A stretch of DNA of 64,000 bases from the human T2T-CHM13v2.0 reference genome, Homo sapiens. The stretch is from NCBI RefSeq assembly GCF_009914755.1, contig NC_060935.1. The stretch is one strand, 5' to 3'. This document shows positions 62,040 through 64,000 of this stretch, in pieces. Position 1 is the stretch's first letter. The number at the start of each line of letters is the position of its first letter. The notes under the pieces were generated by a model that was given only the letters and a program-made list of their open reading frames with translations, was not told the DNA's origin and made no database searches. The translations under genes and the position numbers were made by a program.

Positions 62040-62845
62040 ATCATAATGTTGATAGCACATATGTAGTAAAGTACTCAAGTCTAAAGTCTACCACCCAGTG
62101 AATTTTTGCACATATAAACACCTATGTAACCAATGTCGAAAACAAGATCCAGAAGTTTTCCAATGTTCCAGAAGACTCCACTGTGTTCCTTCCAATAACT
62201 AACTGCCCCCCCCCAATGGTAACCACTATTCTGACTTCTATCACTATAGATTAACCTTGCCTTTTAAACTGTATATAAGTGAAATCGTACTTTTTGTGAC
62301 TATTTTCTTCCCTTCATCATTATGTCCATGGAATTCATCCATGTCATTGCACTGAGAATGTTTATTCTTGTCTATTGCTGAATTATATTCTATTATATGA
62401 AAATACCAGTTTATCCACTCTACCAGTGACTGACGTTTGGGTTTTTCCAATGTTTAGCTATTACTAATGAAGCGACTATAAACTTTCACACACAGGTTTT
62501 TTGCTGGACATTTGTACTCATTTCTCTTGGCTCTATCCTGGAGCAGAATTGCTGGGTCAGAGAATCATAAAATAGTTGTACGTTTAGCATTAGTGGATTC
62601 AGCCAAACCATTTTCCAAAGTATTTGTACCACTTTACACTCCCACCAACAAGGTCTGAGAGGTCTTGTTGCTCCACATCATCATCAACACAGTATTATTA
62701 GTCTTTTAAATTTTAGCCATTTAGTATTTATGTAGAGAAATTTTATTGTGGTTTGAATTTGCATTTGCCTGATAAGTAATGATATTAAGCATTGTTTGGT
62801 ACTTATTGGCCAGTTGAGTATTCCTTTTTGTAAGATGTCTATTCA
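62040..62845 (-). mobile_element. Old L1 (L1ME-like) 3' fragment
   Basis: GGTAACCACTATTCTGACTTCTATCAC, AATTGCTGGGTCA, TTTACACTCCCACCAACAA, GTTTGAATTTGCATTT. Confidence 0.75.
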
Positions 62846-63209
62846 GAGTTTTTACAGAAATATAGTATCTGTAAACATAGACAAATTATTGACAAAAACA
62901 GATAGTAGAGCAGAATCATCTTGAGGAATTCAGCAATTTACACAAAAACCAGCAGCCAGTTGCTTCTACAATTGCTAACCAGTTGCTACTAGTTAAGTAA
63001 ACTAATAAGTAAACTAATTGAAACAGATCAAACAGGTGCATGACTGAATGTTTCCTGTTGAACCAGGTATTTGGATAACACAGAGACCCCCAACGTAGAC
63101 TCAGGGAGAAGGGAATGTAGACAAGACCCAAGAACCTCCCGTAGGCTGCTAGCCCCAGCCTGAGAGGCTCCCTGCCTCAACTCACTGACTGTTTTTCCTT
63201 CAATTACAG

Positions 63210-63243
63210 GATCCTGACAGTGATCAACCTCTGAACAGCCTCG
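63210..63243 (+). CDS. TMPRSS4: TMPRSS4 exon 2 (type II transmembrane serine protease 4, cytoplasmic N-terminus); gene continues beyond the window
   Basis: Branch-like CTGAC (63185-63189), pyrimidine tract, TACAG acceptor; 34 nt encoding DPDSDQPLNSL+G; donor GTAAGT at 63244. Matches the recalled TMPRSS4 N-terminus M(LQ)DPDSDQPLNSLD. Confidence 0.95.
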
Positions 63244-64000
63244 GTAAGTTCAGGTCCGGCTTTCATTCGTCCACCTTAGCCTCTGAGTTTCAGCTACCAA
63301 GTAGATCCTAAGCCACTCGCGCCTGGCCCTCACCACCACCACCAAAGTGCTAAGTGCCATGAGTGACATCCAGTCACCCGTCCATCCATCACTCAGCAAA
63401 CATTCCAGGATTCATTCCAGAAGTAGGAGGCCTGGACTCTGGGGAAACAGGACCAACAAACCTAAAATCCCCAAAGCAATGATTCTCCAATTCATTCATT
63501 CAGTCACTCTTATCCTTTCAGTAAAACTGTACGTACCTGCCATGTGCCAGGCCCTAGGCTGGATGCTGGGCTATAACACTAATTAAGACAGCTGAAGTCC
63601 CTGGTGTCATGGAGTTCACATTGGCCAGAGGCATTTTCATGAAAAATGGCAGTGCTTGCCTGATTTCCAAGGGAAGAAAACTAAGTTAATAAATAGAATG
63701 ATCCCAAATTTAAGGAGGTATTTTTCTTCCATTACATTTTCTTAAACCATTAATATCTACTCCTGATAGCCTGCTGGATCAGCAAAACAAATGAGCAAGG
63801 AACACGTTAATATGAACAGATCAGTAAGAAAATGGCCAATCCTGCTTGACAGGCTATTTATTTCTCAGTTCTGGGTCATGAGTTAATAATGACCACAAAT
63901 GAAGTAATCTTTAGCAAGTAAAATGGTGCCTAGTTTATACTTTGGAATTCAATATAAGAGTAGGCCATGGTGTCCCCAAGGAACACCAGGGTGCCAACTG

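Overview
Repeat-rich primate DNA, almost certainly human. I recognise it as the 11q23.3 TMPRSS4 / SMIM35 (TMPRSS4-AS1) locus. Only three tiny coding pieces are supportable: TMPRSS4 exon 1 (ends in ATG|GT at 45689-45691, +), TMPRSS4 exon 2 (63210-63243, DPDSDQPLNSL) and SMIM35 coding exon 1 (ATGACAG|GT at 55143-55137, -). The two genes overlap head-to-head, each first exon inside the other's first intron. The rest is intronic: about 30 Alus, old L1/L2/MIR, solo LTRs (MER41A, MER21, MER51A, LTR8, MST), DNA-transposon fossils (Ricksha, MER5, MADE2, hAT), a 7SL pseudogene, an L1-processed HERV-W env fragment and two 3'UTR-like retrocopies. Nearly all ORFs in the supplied track are repeat-derived or random. 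I see no convincing new multi-gene system. The best leads are smaller structures: a nested retroposon stack, a circularly permuted templated insertion, a 128-bp inverted duplication 20 kb apart, a one-base splice-acceptor switch at TMPRSS4 exon 2, and a TMPRSS4 uORF. Repeat family names and gene identities come from recall of consensus sequences and proteins, not from database searches; repeat boundaries are approximate.
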